Shown here: positions 48,544 through 64,000 of the stretch, piece by piece
Numbering within the stretch: position 1 is the stretch's first letter
How the letters are laid out: every line of letters begins with the position of its first letter
Sequence record: OL964735.1
From: Escherichia phage T4
Reading direction: 5' to 3' (one strand)
Length of the DNA: 64,000 nt
The notes under the pieces: generated by a model
Seen by the model: only the letters and a program-made list of their open reading frames with translations
Databases searched by the model: none
What the model was told of the DNA's origin: nothing
Translations under genes and position numbers: made by a program

Positions 48544-51500
48544 CAGTAAAAGCACCTTCAGTCACTAGTCTCAGAATTTCCAAGTTATCCGCAAATCAGG
48601 TGCAAGTACGCTGGGATGACGTTGGTGCTAATTTCTACAAAATAGTAGAAATCGCTGAGACAAAAACAAACTCGGGGGAAAATCTCCCGAGTAATCAATA
48701 TCGTTGGATTAATTTAGGATATACAGCAAATAATAGTTTCTTTTTTGATGATGCTGATCCATTAACAACATACATTATTAGAGTAGCCACAGCTGCGCAA
48801 GATTTTGAGCAGTCTGATTGGATTTATACCGAAGAGTTTGAAACTTTTGCTACAAATGCTTATACATTTCAAAACATGATTGAAATGCAATTAGCCAATA
48901 AATTCATTCAGGAAAAATTTACTCTTAATAATTCTGATTATGTTAATTTTAATAATGATACTATAATGGCTGCATTGATGAATGAATCATTCCAATTCAG
49001 CCCATCGTATGTTGATGTTTCATCAATAAGTAATTTTATTATTGGTGAAAATGAGTATCATGAAATACAAGGTTCTATTCAGCAAGTATGTAAGGATATT
49101 AACCGAGTTTATTTGATGGAATCAGAAGGAATTCTATATCTTTTTGAGCGCTATCAACCTGTAGTTAAAGTATCCAATGATAAAGGACAAACCTGGAAAG
49201 CTGTAAAGCTCTTCAATGACCGTGTAGGATATCCTTTATCTAAGACAGTATATTACCAATCTGCGAACACAACATACGTTCTAGGATACGACAAGATTTT
49301 CTATGGCCGCAAATCTACTGATGTTAGATGGTCAGCCGATGATGTCAGATTTAGTTCTCAGGATATAACATTTGCTAAACTTGGCGACCAATTACATCTA
49401 GGATTTGATGTAGAAATTTTTGCCACTTACGCGACTTTACCAGCGAATGTATACCGCATTGCAGAAGCTATTACTTGCACCGATGATTACATTTACGTTG
49501 TCGCCAGAGACAAAGTTAGATACATAAAAACGAGTAATGCACCTATAGATTCTGATCCATTATCTCCAACATATTCGGAAAGACTTTTTGAACCTGATAC
49601 CATGACTATAACCGGAAATCCTAAAGCAGTATGCTATAAAATGGATTCTATCTGTGATAAAGTTTTTGCTCTTATTATTGGTGAAGTTGAAACATTAAAT
49701 GCTAATCCTAGAACATCAAAAATAATTGATTCCGCTGATAAAGGAATATATGTTTTAAATCATGACGAAAAAACATGGAAAAGAGTTTTTGGTAATACCG
49801 AAGAAGAAAGAAGACGTATTCAACCCGGATATGCGAATATGTCAACTGACGGTAAATTAGTTTCTCTGTCTTCGAGTAATTTTAAATTTTTAAGTGATAA
49901 TGTTGTTAATGACCCTGAAACTGCAGCAAAATATCAGTTAATTGGCGCTGTTAAATATGAATTTCCTCGTGAATGGTTAGCTGATAAGCATTATCATATG
50001 ATGGCATTTATAGCGGATGAAACATCTGATTGGGAGACTTTTACTCCTCAACCAATGAAATACTACGCAGAACCATTCTTTAACTGGTCTAAAAAATCTA
50101 ACACACGTTGTTGGATAAACAACTCTGATAGAGCTGTGGTAGTTTATGCTGATTTAAAATACACTAAAGTTATAGAAAATATTCCGGAAACATCACCAGA
50201 TAGATTAGTTCATGAATACTGGGATGATGGTGATTGCACTATAGTAATGCCAAATGTCAAATTCACTGGATTTAAAAAATACGCATCAGGAATGCTTTTC
50301 TATAAAGCCTCCGGTGAAATAATTTCTTACTATGATTTTAACTATCGTGTGAGAGATACAGTAGAAATTATTTGGAAGCCAACTGAAGTATTTTTAAAAG
50401 CATTTTTACAAAACCAAGAGCATGAGACTCCTTGGTCACCAGAAGAAGAGCGTGGATTAGCTGACCCTGATTTAAGACCATTAATTGGCACAATGATGCC
50501 TGATTCTTATTTGTTACAGGATTCGAATTTTGAGGCATTTTGCGAAGCATATATTCAGTATCTTTCTGATGGATATGGAACTCAATACAATAATTTACGA
50601 AATTTAATTCGTAACCAATATCCACGAGAAGAGCACGCATGGGAATATTTGTGGTCAGAGATATATAAAAGAAACATTTATTTAAATGCTGATAAACGCG
50701 ATGCTGTTGCGAGATTCTTTGAATCACGTAGCTATGATTTTTATTCTACTAAAGGAATTGAAGCATCATACAAGTTTCTTTTTAAAGTTCTTTATAATGA
50801 AGAAGTTGAAATTGAAATTGAATCTGGGGCTGGTACTGAATATGATATAATCGTTCAATCTGATTCTTTGACTGAAGATTTAGTAGGACAAACGATTTAT
50901 ACGGCAACAGGAAGATGTAATGTTACTTATATAGAAAGAAGCTATTCTAATGGTAAATTGCAATGGACCGTAACTATTCATAATCTTTTGGGACGATTAA
51001 TTGCTGGTCAAGAAGTTAAAGCAGAAAGACTCCCTAGTTTTGAAGGCGAAATTATTCGTGGGGTTAAAGGAAAGGATTTGCTTCAAAACAATATAGACTA
51101 TATTAATAGAAGTAGATCATACTATGTAATGAAAATTAAATCCAATTTACCTTCTTCCCGCTGGAAATCTGACGTTATTCGTTTTGTTCATCCAGTAGGA
51201 TTTGGATTTATAGCAATTACCCTTTTAACAATGTTTATTAATGTTGGTTTAACTCTTAAACATACAGAGACTATAATTAATAAATACAAAAACTATAAAT
51301 GGGATTCTGGATTGCCTACTGAATATGCCGACAGAATAGCTAAATTAACTCCAACCGGTGAAATTGAGCATGATTCAGTAACAGGCGAAGCAATTTATGA
51401 GCCTGGCCCAATGGCTGGTGTAAAATATCCTCTTCCTGATGACTATAATGCTGAAAATAATAATTCAATATTTCAAGGTCAATTGCCGTCTGAACGACGT

Positions 51501-51638
51501 AAATTAATGAGTCCTTTATTTGATGCATCTGGAACAACATTTGCGCAATTTAGAGATTTAGTTAATAAACGTCTAAAAGATAATATAGGAAATCCAAGAG
51601 ACCCTGAAAATCCAACACAGGTTAAAATAGATGAATGA
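48540..51638 (+). CDS. 7: Baseplate wedge initiator gp7
   Basis: 1032 aa; T4 gp7 length and order. Confidence 0.9.
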   Translation: MTVKAPSVTSLRISKLSANQVQVRWDDVGANFYKIVEIAETKTNSGENLPSNQYRWINLGYTANNSFFFDDADPLTTYIIRVATAAQDFEQSDWIYTEEFETFATNAYTFQNMIEMQLANKFIQEKFTLNNSDYVNFNNDTIMAALMNESFQFSPSYVDVSSISNFIIGENEYHEIQGSIQQVCKDINRVYLMESEGILYLFERYQPVVKVSNDKGQTWKAVKLFNDRVGYPLSKTVYYQSANTTYVLGYDKIFYGRKSTDVRWSADDVRFSSQDITFAKLGDQLHLGFDVEIFATYATLPANVYRIAEAITCTDDYIYVVARDKVRYIKTSNAPIDSDPLSPTYSERLFEPDTMTITGNPKAVCYKMDSICDKVFALIIGEVETLNANPRTSKIIDSADKGIYVLNHDEKTWKRVFGNTEEERRRIQPGYANMSTDGKLVSLSSSNFKFLSDNVVNDPETAAKYQLIGAVKYEFPREWLADKHYHMMAFIADETSDWETFTPQPMKYYAEPFFNWSKKSNTRCWINNSDRAVVVYADLKYTKVIENIPETSPDRLVHEYWDDGDCTIVMPNVKFTGFKKYASGMLFYKASGEIISYYDFNYRVRDTVEIIWKPTEVFLKAFLQNQEHETPWSPEEERGLADPDLRPLIGTMMPDSYLLQDSNFEAFCEAYIQYLSDGYGTQYNNLRNLIRNQYPREEHAWEYLWSEIYKRNIYLNADKRDAVARFFESRSYDFYSTKGIEASYKFLFKVLYNEEVEIEIESGAGTEYDIIVQSDSLTEDLVGQTIYTATGRCNVTYIERSYSNGKLQWTVTIHNLLGRLIAGQEVKAERLPSFEGEIIRGVKGKDLLQNNIDYINRSRSYYVMKIKSNLPSSRWKSDVIRFVHPVGFGFIAITLLTMFINVGLTLKHTETIINKYKNYKWDSGLPTEYADRIAKLTPTGEIEHDSVTGEAIYEPGPMAGVKYPLPDDYNAENNNSIFQGQLPSERRKLMSPLFDASGTTFAQFRDLVNKRLKDNIGNPRDPENPTQVKIDE

Positions 51639-52635
51639 TTCAAGTGTTATCTATCGTGCGATAGTTACTTCAAAATTTAGAACAGAAAAAATGTTGAATT
51701 TTTATAATTCAATTGGAAGTGGTCCGGATAAAAACACTATCTTTATCACATTTGGAAGATCAGAACCGTGGTCATCAAATGAAAATGAGGTGGGCTTTGC
51801 CCCACCTTATCCAACCGATTCTGTATTAGGCGTAACTGACATGTGGACGCATATGATGGGAACAGTAAAAGTTCTTCCATCAATGCTTGATGCTGTTATT
51901 CCTCGCAGAGATTGGGGAGATACTAGATATCCGGATCCATACACATTTAGAATTAACGATATTGTAGTGTGTAACTCAGCTCCTTACAACGCTACTGAAT
52001 CAGGCGCTGGTTGGTTAGTGTATCGTTGTTTAGATGTTCCTGATACCGGAATGTGTTCAATAGCATCTTTAACTGATAAAGATGAATGCCTTAAGTTAGG
52101 TGGAAAATGGACTCCTTCTGCTAGGTCAATGACTCCGCCTGAAGGTCGAGGAGATGCTGAAGGAACAATTGAACCCGGAGACGGGTATGTGTGGGAATAT
52201 CTATTTGAGATTCCGCCTGATGTATCTATAAATAGATGCACGAATGAATATATCGTGGTTCCTTGGCCTGAGGAATTAAAAGAAGACCCGACTAGATGGG
52301 GATATGAAGATAATCTCACTTGGCAACAAGATGATTTTGGATTAATTTACCGTGTTAAGGCAAATACTATCCGTTTTAAAGCATATTTAGATTCAGTTTA
52401 TTTTCCTGAAGCTGCATTGCCAGGAAATAAAGGATTTAGACAAATATCAATAATCACGAATCCTCTTGAAGCTAAAGCTCATCCAAATGACCCAAACGTT
52501 AAAGCTGAAAAGGATTATTATGACCCAGAAGATTTAATGAGGCATTCGGGTGAAATGATTTATATGGAAAATAGGCCACCTATTATTATGGCAATGGATC
52601 AAACAGAAGAAATCAATATTCTGTTTACATTTTAA
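51631..52635 (+). CDS. 8: Baseplate wedge protein gp8
   Basis: 334 aa; followed by terminator and late promoter. Confidence 0.9.
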   Translation: MNDSSVIYRAIVTSKFRTEKMLNFYNSIGSGPDKNTIFITFGRSEPWSSNENEVGFAPPYPTDSVLGVTDMWTHMMGTVKVLPSMLDAVIPRRDWGDTRYPDPYTFRINDIVVCNSAPYNATESGAGWLVYRCLDVPDTGMCSIASLTDKDECLKLGGKWTPSARSMTPPEGRGDAEGTIEPGDGYVWEYLFEIPPDVSINRCTNEYIVVPWPEELKEDPTRWGYEDNLTWQQDDFGLIYRVKANTIRFKAYLDSVYFPEAALPGNKGFRQISIITNPLEAKAHPNDPNVKAEKDYYDPEDLMRHSGEMIYMENRPPIIMAMDQTEEINILFTF

Positions 52636-52640
52636 ATTAA

Positions 52641-52667
52641 GGGAGCCCATGGGCTCCCTTTTTCTTT
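52641..52667 (+). terminator. Intrinsic terminator after gene 8
   Basis: GGGAGCCC-AU-GGGCUCCC hairpin followed by UUUUUCUUU. Confidence 0.7.
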
Positions 52668-52674
52668 ATAAATA
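52667..52674 (+). promoter_or_regulatory. Late promoter TATAAATA for gene 9
   Basis: Exact TATAAATA 25 nt upstream of gene 9 ATG. Confidence 0.7.
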
Positions 52675-52698
52675 CTATAAACTCATAAGGAAACCGCT

Positions 52699-53565
52699 AT
52701 GTTCATTCAAGAACCAAAGAAATTGATTGATACCGGCGAAATTGGTAACGCTTCTACTGGTGATATCTTATTCGACGGTGGTAATAAAATTAATAGTGAT
52801 TTTAACGCAATTTATAATGCGTTTGGCGATCAGCGTAAAATGGCAGTAGCAAATGGCACTGGAGCAGATGGTCAAATTATCCATGCTACTGGATATTATC
52901 AAAAACACTCTATTACAGAGTACGCAACTCCAGTGAAAGTTGGCACTAGACATGATATTGATACCTCTACTGTAGGTGTTAAAGTTATCATTGAAAGAGG
53001 CGAACTCGGCGATTGTGTTGAATTCATTAACTCTAATGGATCAATATCAGTTACTAATCCTTTGACAATTCAAGCTATTGATTCAATTAAAGGTGTTTCA
53101 GGTAATTTAGTAGTAACTAGCCCATATAGTAAAGTTACTTTACGCTGTATTTCATCTGATAATTCTACGTCGGTTTGGAATTATTCTATTGAAAGTATGT
53201 TTGGACAAAAGGAATCACCAGCTGAAGGTACATGGAATATTTCTACATCTGGATCAGTTGACATTCCATTATTTCATCGTACTGAATACAATATGGCTAA
53301 ATTGCTAGTTACGTGCCAATCGGTAGATGGAAGAAAAATTAAAACAGCAGAAATAAATATTCTTGTGGATACTGTTAATTCAGAGGTAATTTCTTCTGAA
53401 TATGCTGTCATGCGAGTTGGGAATGAAACCGAAGAAGACGAAATCGCTAATATTGCATTTAGTATTAAAGAAAATTATGTAACGGCGACTATAAGTTCTT
53501 CAACTGTCGGTATGAGAGCAGCAGTTAAAGTTATCGCTACGCAGAAAATCGGGGTGGCTCAATAA
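52699..53565 (+). CDS. 9: Baseplate wedge / long-tail-fiber connector gp9
   Basis: 288 aa. Confidence 0.9.
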   Translation: MFIQEPKKLIDTGEIGNASTGDILFDGGNKINSDFNAIYNAFGDQRKMAVANGTGADGQIIHATGYYQKHSITEYATPVKVGTRHDIDTSTVGVKVIIERGELGDCVEFINSNGSISVTNPLTIQAIDSIKGVSGNLVVTSPYSKVTLRCISSDNSTSVWNYSIESMFGQKESPAEGTWNISTSGSVDIPLFHRTEYNMAKLLVTCQSVDGRKIKTAEINILVDTVNSEVISSEYAVMRVGNETEEDEIANIAFSIKENYVTATISSSTVGMRAAVKVIATQKIGVAQ

Positions 53566-55373
53566 TGAAACAAAATATTAATATCGGTAATGTTGTAGAT
53601 GATGGTACCGGTGACTACCTGCGTAAAGGTGGTATAAAAATAAATGAAAACTTTGATGAGCTTTATTATGAACTCGGTGATGGTGATGTTCCATATTCAG
53701 CCGGTGCCTGGAAAACTTATAATGCTTCATCAGGACAAACATTAACAGCAGAATGGGGAAAATCATACGCTATTAATACATCTTCTGGAAGAGTGACTAT
53801 AAATCTTCCAAAGGGTACAGTTAATGATTACAACAAGGTAATTAGAGCTAGAGACGTATTTGCTACATGGAACGTCAACCCAGTTACACTAGTAGCTGCT
53901 TCCGGCGATACGATTAAAGGGTCTGCAGTACCAGTTGAAATTAATGTTCAATTCAGCGATTTAGAACTAGTGTATTGTGCCCCAGGACGTTGGGAATATG
54001 TCAAAAATAAACAAATTGACAAAATTACCAGTTCAGACATTAGTAATGTAGCTCGCAAAGAATTTTTAGTTGAAGTTCAAGGACAAACAGACTTTTTAGA
54101 TGTTTTCCGTGGAACTAGTTATAATGTAAATAACATCAGAGTAAAACATCGTGGTAACGAATTGTATTACGGCGATGTGTTTAGCGAAAACAGCGATTTT
54201 GGCTCTCCAGGCGAAAATGAAGGAGAACTGGTTCCTCTTGATGGATTTAACATTCGATTAAGACAGCCTTGTAATATTGGTGACACTGTTCAAATTGAAA
54301 CATTTATGGATGGTGTATCACAGTGGAGAAGTTCATATACAAGACGTCAAATTAGATTGTTAGATTCAAAATTAACGTCAAAAACTTCTTTAGAAGGAAG
54401 CATTTACGTTACTGATTTATCAACAATGAAATCAATTCCATTTTCTGCTTTTGGATTAATTCCAGGAGAACCTATTAATCCTAACTCTCTTGAGGTTCGT
54501 TTTAACGGGATTTTACAGGAATTGGCTGGCACAGTTGGAATGCCATTATTTCATTGTGTTGGTGCCGATTCAGACGATGAAGTAGAATGCTCTGTTTTAG
54601 GTGGAACTTGGGAACAATCTCATACCGATTATTCAGTTGAAACTGATGAAAACGGCATACCAGAAATTTTACATTTCGATAGAGTATTTGAGCATGGTGA
54701 CATTATCAATATCACCTGGTTTAATAATGATTTGGGTACATTATTAACAAAAGATGAGATTATTGATGAAACTGATAATCTCTATGTATCGCAAGGACCT
54801 GGAGTAGATATTTCTGGTGATGTAAATTTAACAGACTTCGATAAAATTGGTTGGCCAAATGTAGAAGCAGTTCAATCTTATCAACGCGAATTTAATGCTG
54901 TTTCAAATATCTTTGATACGATTTATCCTATTGGAACTATATATGAAAACGCTGTTAATCCAAATAACCCTGTTACATATATGGGATTCGGCTCATGGAA
55001 ATTATTTGGGCAAGGAAAAGTTTTAGTTGGATGGAATGAAGATATTTCGGACCCTAACTTTGCTCTAAATAACAACGATTTAGATTCGGGTGGAAATCCT
55101 TCACATACCGCAGGTGGAACAGGTGGTTCTACTTCTGTTACATTGGAAAATGCTAATCTTCCTGCAACTGAAACAGATGAAGAAGTTCTAATAGTTGATG
55201 AAAATGGATCAGTCATTGTTGGTGGGTGTCAATACGATCCAGATGAATCCGGTCCAATTTACACTAAATACCGTGAAGCTAAAGCATCTACTAACTCTAC
55301 TCACACTCCGCCAACATCAATAACTAACATTCAACCATATATTACAGTTTATCGTTGGATAAGGATTGCATAA
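53565..55373 (+). CDS. 10: Baseplate wedge / tail pin protein gp10
   Basis: 602 aa. Confidence 0.9.
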
Positions 55374-56032
55374 TGAGTTTACTTAATAATAAAGCGGGAG
55401 TTATTTCCCGCTTAGCCGATTTTCTTGGTTTTAGACCTAAAACTGGCGACATTGATGTAATGAATCGTCAATCAGTCGGGTCAGTGACAATATCTCAATT
55501 AGCGAAAGGATTTTATGAACCAAACATAGAATCAGCTATTAATGACGTTCATAATTTTTCTATAAAAGACGTTGGCACAATTATTACTAATAAAACTGGT
55601 GTTTCTCCTGAGGGTGTTTCTCAAACTGATTATTGGGCATTTTCTGGAACTGTAACAGACGATTCTCTTCCTCCGGGTTCTCCTATTACGGTATTAGTAT
55701 TTGGTCTTCCAGTTTCAGCAACAACTGGAATGACGGCAATTGAGTTTGTTGCAAAAGTTCGCGTTGCACTACAAGAAGCTATTGCGTCATTTACTGCTAT
55801 CAATTCATATAAAGACCATCCAACTGATGGTAGTAAATTAGAAGTTACTTATTTAGATAATCAAAAACATGTATTAAGCACATATTCTACATATGGAATA
55901 ACTATTTCCCAAGAAATTATATCTGAGTCTAAGCCTGGCTATGGTACATGGAATTTATTGGGCGCACAAACTGTAACTTTAGATAATCAGCAGACTCCTA
56001 CAGTATTTTATCATTTTGAGAGAACAGCATGA
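55373..56032 (+). CDS. 11: Baseplate tail pin / short-fiber attachment protein gp11
   Basis: 219 aa from ATG overlapping the gp10 stop (TAATG); [17 protein letters not shown]. Confidence 0.85.
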
Positions 56033-57612
56033 GTAATAATACATATCAACACGTTTCTAATGAATCTCGTTATGTAAAATTTGATCCTACCGATACGAAT
56101 TTTCCACCGGAGATTACTGATGTTCAGGCTGCTATAGCAGCCATTTCTCCTGCTGGAGTAAATGGAGTTCCTGATGCATCGTCAACAACAAAGGGAATTC
56201 TATTTCTTGCCACTGAACAGGAAGTTATAGATGGAACTAATAATACCAAAGCAGTTACACCAGCAACGTTGGCAACAAGATTATCTTATCCAAATGCAAC
56301 TGAAACTGTTTACGGATTAACAAGATATTCAACCAATGATGAAGCCATTGCCGGAGTTAATAATGAATCTTCTATAACTCCAGCTAAATTTACTGTCGCC
56401 CTTAATAATGCGTTTGAAACGCGAGTTTCAACTGAATCCTCAAATGGTGTTATTAAAATTTCATCTCTACCGCAAGCATTAGCTGGTGCAGATGATACTA
56501 CTGCAATGACTCCATTAAAAACACAGCAGTTAGCTATTAAATTAATTGCGCAAATTGCTCCTTCTGAAACCACAGCTACCGAATCGGACCAAGGTGTTGT
56601 TCAATTAGCAACAGTAGCGCAGGTTCGTCAGGGAACTTTAAGAGAAGGCTATGCAATTTCTCCTTATACGTTTATGAATTCATCTGCTACTGAAGAATAT
56701 AAAGGCGTAATTAAATTAGGAACACAATCAGAAGTTAACTCGAATAATGCTTCTGTTGCGGTTACTGGCGCAACTCTTAATGGTCGTGGTTCTACGACGT
56801 CAATGAGAGGCGTAGTTAAATTAACTACAACCGCCGGTTCACAGAGTGGAGGCGATGCTTCATCAGCCTTAGCTTGGAATGCTGACGTTATCCACCAAAG
56901 AGGTGGTCAAATTATCTATGGAACACTCCGCATTGAAGACACATTTACAATAGCTAATGGTGGAGCAAATATTACGGGTACCGTCAGAATGACTGGCGGT
57001 TATATTCAAGGTAACCGCATCGTAACACAAAATGAAATTGATAGAACTATTCCTGTCGGAGCTATTATGATGTGGGCCGCTGATAGTCTTCCTAGTGATG
57101 CTTGGCGCTTCTGCCATGGTGGAACTGTTTCAGCGTCAGATTGTCCATTATATGCTTCTAGAATTGGAACAAGATATGGCGGAAACCCATCAAATCCTGG
57201 ATTGCCTGACATGCGTGGTCTTTTTGTTCGTGGTTCTGGTCGTGGTTCTCACTTAACAAATCCAAATGTTAATGGTAATGACCAATTTGGTAAACCTAGA
57301 TTAGGTGTAGGTTGTACCGGTGGATATGTTGGTGAAGTACAGAAACAACAGATGTCTTATCATAAACATGCTGGCGGATTTGGTGAGCATGATGATTCTG
57401 GGGCATTCGGTAATACCCGTAGATCAAATTTTGTTGGTACACGTAAAGGACTTGACTGGGATAACCGTTCATACTTCACCAATGACGGATATGAAATTGA
57501 CCCAGAATCACAACGAAATTCCAAATATACATTAAATCGTCCTGAATTAATTGGAAATGAAACACGTCCATGGAACATTTCTTTAAACTACATAATTAAG
57601 GTAAAAGAATGA
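56029..57612 (+). CDS. 12: Short tail fiber protein gp12
   Basis: 527 aa. Confidence 0.9.
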
Positions 57613-59072
57613 CAGATATTGTACTGAATGACTTACCATTCGTTGACGGCCCTCCTGCAGAGGGCCAGAGCCGCATTTCCTGGATTAAAAACGGCGAAGA
57701 AATATTAGGAGCTGACACACAGTATGGAAGTGAAGGCTCAATGAATAGACCTACGGTTTCTGTACTAAGAAATGTTGAAGTTCTTGATAAAAACATTGGA
57801 ATACTTAAAACATCTTTAGAAACCGCAAATAGTGATATTAAAACAATTCAGGGCATCTTAGATGTATCTGGTGATATTGAAGCTTTGGCCCAAATAGGTA
57901 TCAATAAAAAGGATATTTCTGACCTCAAAACGCTAACCAGTGAACACACAGAAATATTAAATGGAACTAATAATACGGTTGACAGTATTCTTGCCGATAT
58001 TGGTCCATTTAACGCCGAGGCCAACTCTGTATACAGAACGATCAGAAATGATTTACTGTGGATAAAGCGTGAACTTGGACAATACACTGGTCAAGATATT
58101 AATGGTCTTCCTGTTGTAGGAAATCCTAGTAGTGGAATGAAGCATCGCATTATTAATAATACTGATGTCATCACTTCGCAGGGAATACGTTTAAGCGAAT
58201 TAGAAACAAAATTTATTGAATCTGATGTAGGTTCTTTGACCATTGAAGTTGGTAATCTTCGTGAAGAGCTTGGACCGAAACCACCATCATTTTCACAGAA
58301 CGTTTATAGTCGTTTAAATGAAATTGACACTAAACAGACAACAGTTGAGTCTGACATTAGTGCTATTAAGACCTCAATAGGATATCCAGGAAATAATTCG
58401 ATTATCACGAGTGTTAATACAAACACTGATAATATTGCATCTATTAATTTAGAGCTAAATCAAAGTGGAGGTATTAAACAGCGTTTAACCGTTATTGAAA
58501 CTTCCATTGGTTCAGATGATATTCCTTCGAGTATTAAAGGTCAAATCAAAGATAATACAACTTCAATCGAATCTCTAAATGGAATCGTCGGTGAAAACAC
58601 TTCATCTGGCTTAAGAGCGAATGTTTCATGGTTAAACCAAATTGTTGGAACTGATTCTAGCGGTGGACAACCTTCTCCTCCTGGGTCTCTTTTAAACCGA
58701 GTTTCTACAATTGAAACTTCTGTTTCAGGCTTGAATAACGATGTTCAAAACCTACAAGTAGAGATTGGTAATAACAGCACAGGAATTAAAGGGCAAGTTG
58801 TAGCGTTAAATACTTTAGTAAATGGAACTAATCCAAACGGTTCAACTGTTGAAGAGCGCGGATTAACCAATTCAATAAAAGCTAACGAAACTAACATTGC
58901 ATCAGTTACACAAGAAGTGAATACAGCTAAAGGCAATATATCTTCTTTACAAGGTGATGTTCAAGCTCTCCAAGAAGCCGGTTATATTCCTGAAGCTCCA
59001 AGAGATGGGCAAGCTTACGTTCGTAAAGATGGCGAATGGGTATTGCTTTCTACCTTTTTATCACCAGCATAA
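57609..59072 (+). CDS. wac: Fibritin (neck whiskers)
   Basis: 487 aa; segmented coiled coil; C-terminal foldon [27 protein letters not shown]. Confidence 0.95.
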   Translation: MTDIVLNDLPFVDGPPAEGQSRISWIKNGEEILGADTQYGSEGSMNRPTVSVLRNVEVLDKNIGILKTSLETANSDIKTIQGILDVSGDIEALAQIGINKKDISDLKTLTSEHTEILNGTNNTVDSILADIGPFNAEANSVYRTIRNDLLWIKRELGQYTGQDINGLPVVGNPSSGMKHRIINNTDVITSQGIRLSELETKFIESDVGSLTIEVGNLREELGPKPPSFSQNVYSRLNEIDTKQTTVESDISAIKTSIGYPGNNSIITSVNTNTDNIASINLELNQSGGIKQRLTVIETSIGSDDIPSSIKGQIKDNTTSIESLNGIVGENTSSGLRANVSWLNQIVGTDSSGGQPSPPGSLLNRVSTIETSVSGLNNDVQNLQVEIGNNSTGIKGQVVALNTLVNGTNPNGSTVEERGLTNSIKANETNIASVTQEVNTAKGNISSLQGDVQALQEAGYIPEAPRDGQAYVRKDGEWVLLSTFLSPA

Positions 59073-59076
59073 CATG

Positions 59077-59092
59077 GGGCCGCAAGGCCCCA
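59077..59092 (+). terminator. Stable GNRA-loop hairpin after wac (possible weak terminator or mRNA stabiliser)
   Basis: GGGGCC-GCAA-GGCCCC; no strong U tract follows. Confidence 0.4.
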
Positions 59093-59103
59093 AAGGATTT
59101 TAA

Positions 59104-60805
<1,702 letters not shown>

Positions 60806-60846
60806 TAAATATTATAAACTAATTAAAGCCCGGATTAGGAGAAGTC

Positions 60847-63987
<3,141 letters not shown>

Positions 63988-64000
63988 TATTAAAGCATAT

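Overview
This 64 kb window is a T4-type (Tevenvirinae) virulent coliphage segment, colinear with T4 from gene 46 to gene 17. Gene names below are assigned from remembered T4 protein sequences, lengths and gene order; no database search was run. Coordinates 1-42816 are almost entirely minus-strand early/middle genes: 46 (partial), 47, a-gt, gene 55 (late sigma factor), the anaerobic ribonucleotide reductase module (nrdH, nrdG, nrdD split by a group I intron carrying I-TevII), 49, pin, nrdC, a long run of unnamed nrdC.x ORFs, rI, tk, regB, denV, ipII, ipIII, e, nudE, an eight-tRNA cluster with segB, ipI, 57B, 57A, 1, 3, 2, 4. Coordinates 42864-63984 are plus-strand late morphogenesis genes: 53, 5, 5.1, segC, 5.4, 6-12, wac, 13-17. 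Six homing-endonuclease genes are present (three HNH, three GIY-YIG). Recurrent minus-strand early-promoter-like elements, T4-style late promoters (TATAAATA) and GNRA/UUCG-loop terminators are visible. The most interesting accessory content is: a vs.6 ORF with a host-like GC-rich GrcA-type glycyl-radical domain; four tandem paralogous coiled-coil ORFs (nrdC.3-.6); a nucleotidyltransferase plus P-loop ATPase pair (nrdC.10/.11); a macro-domain ORF (tk.4); the 2H-phosphoesterase 57B (which I recall as the anti-CBASS nuclease Acb1) and vs.4 (a candidate Acb2-type sponge); and a denV ORF that lacks the canonical N-terminal 17 codons. The ORF track counts GTG/TTG as starts, so several listed starts were moved to an internal ATG; small-ORF starts remain uncertain. 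Hand-derived promoter, terminator and tRNA coordinates are approximate to within a few bases.
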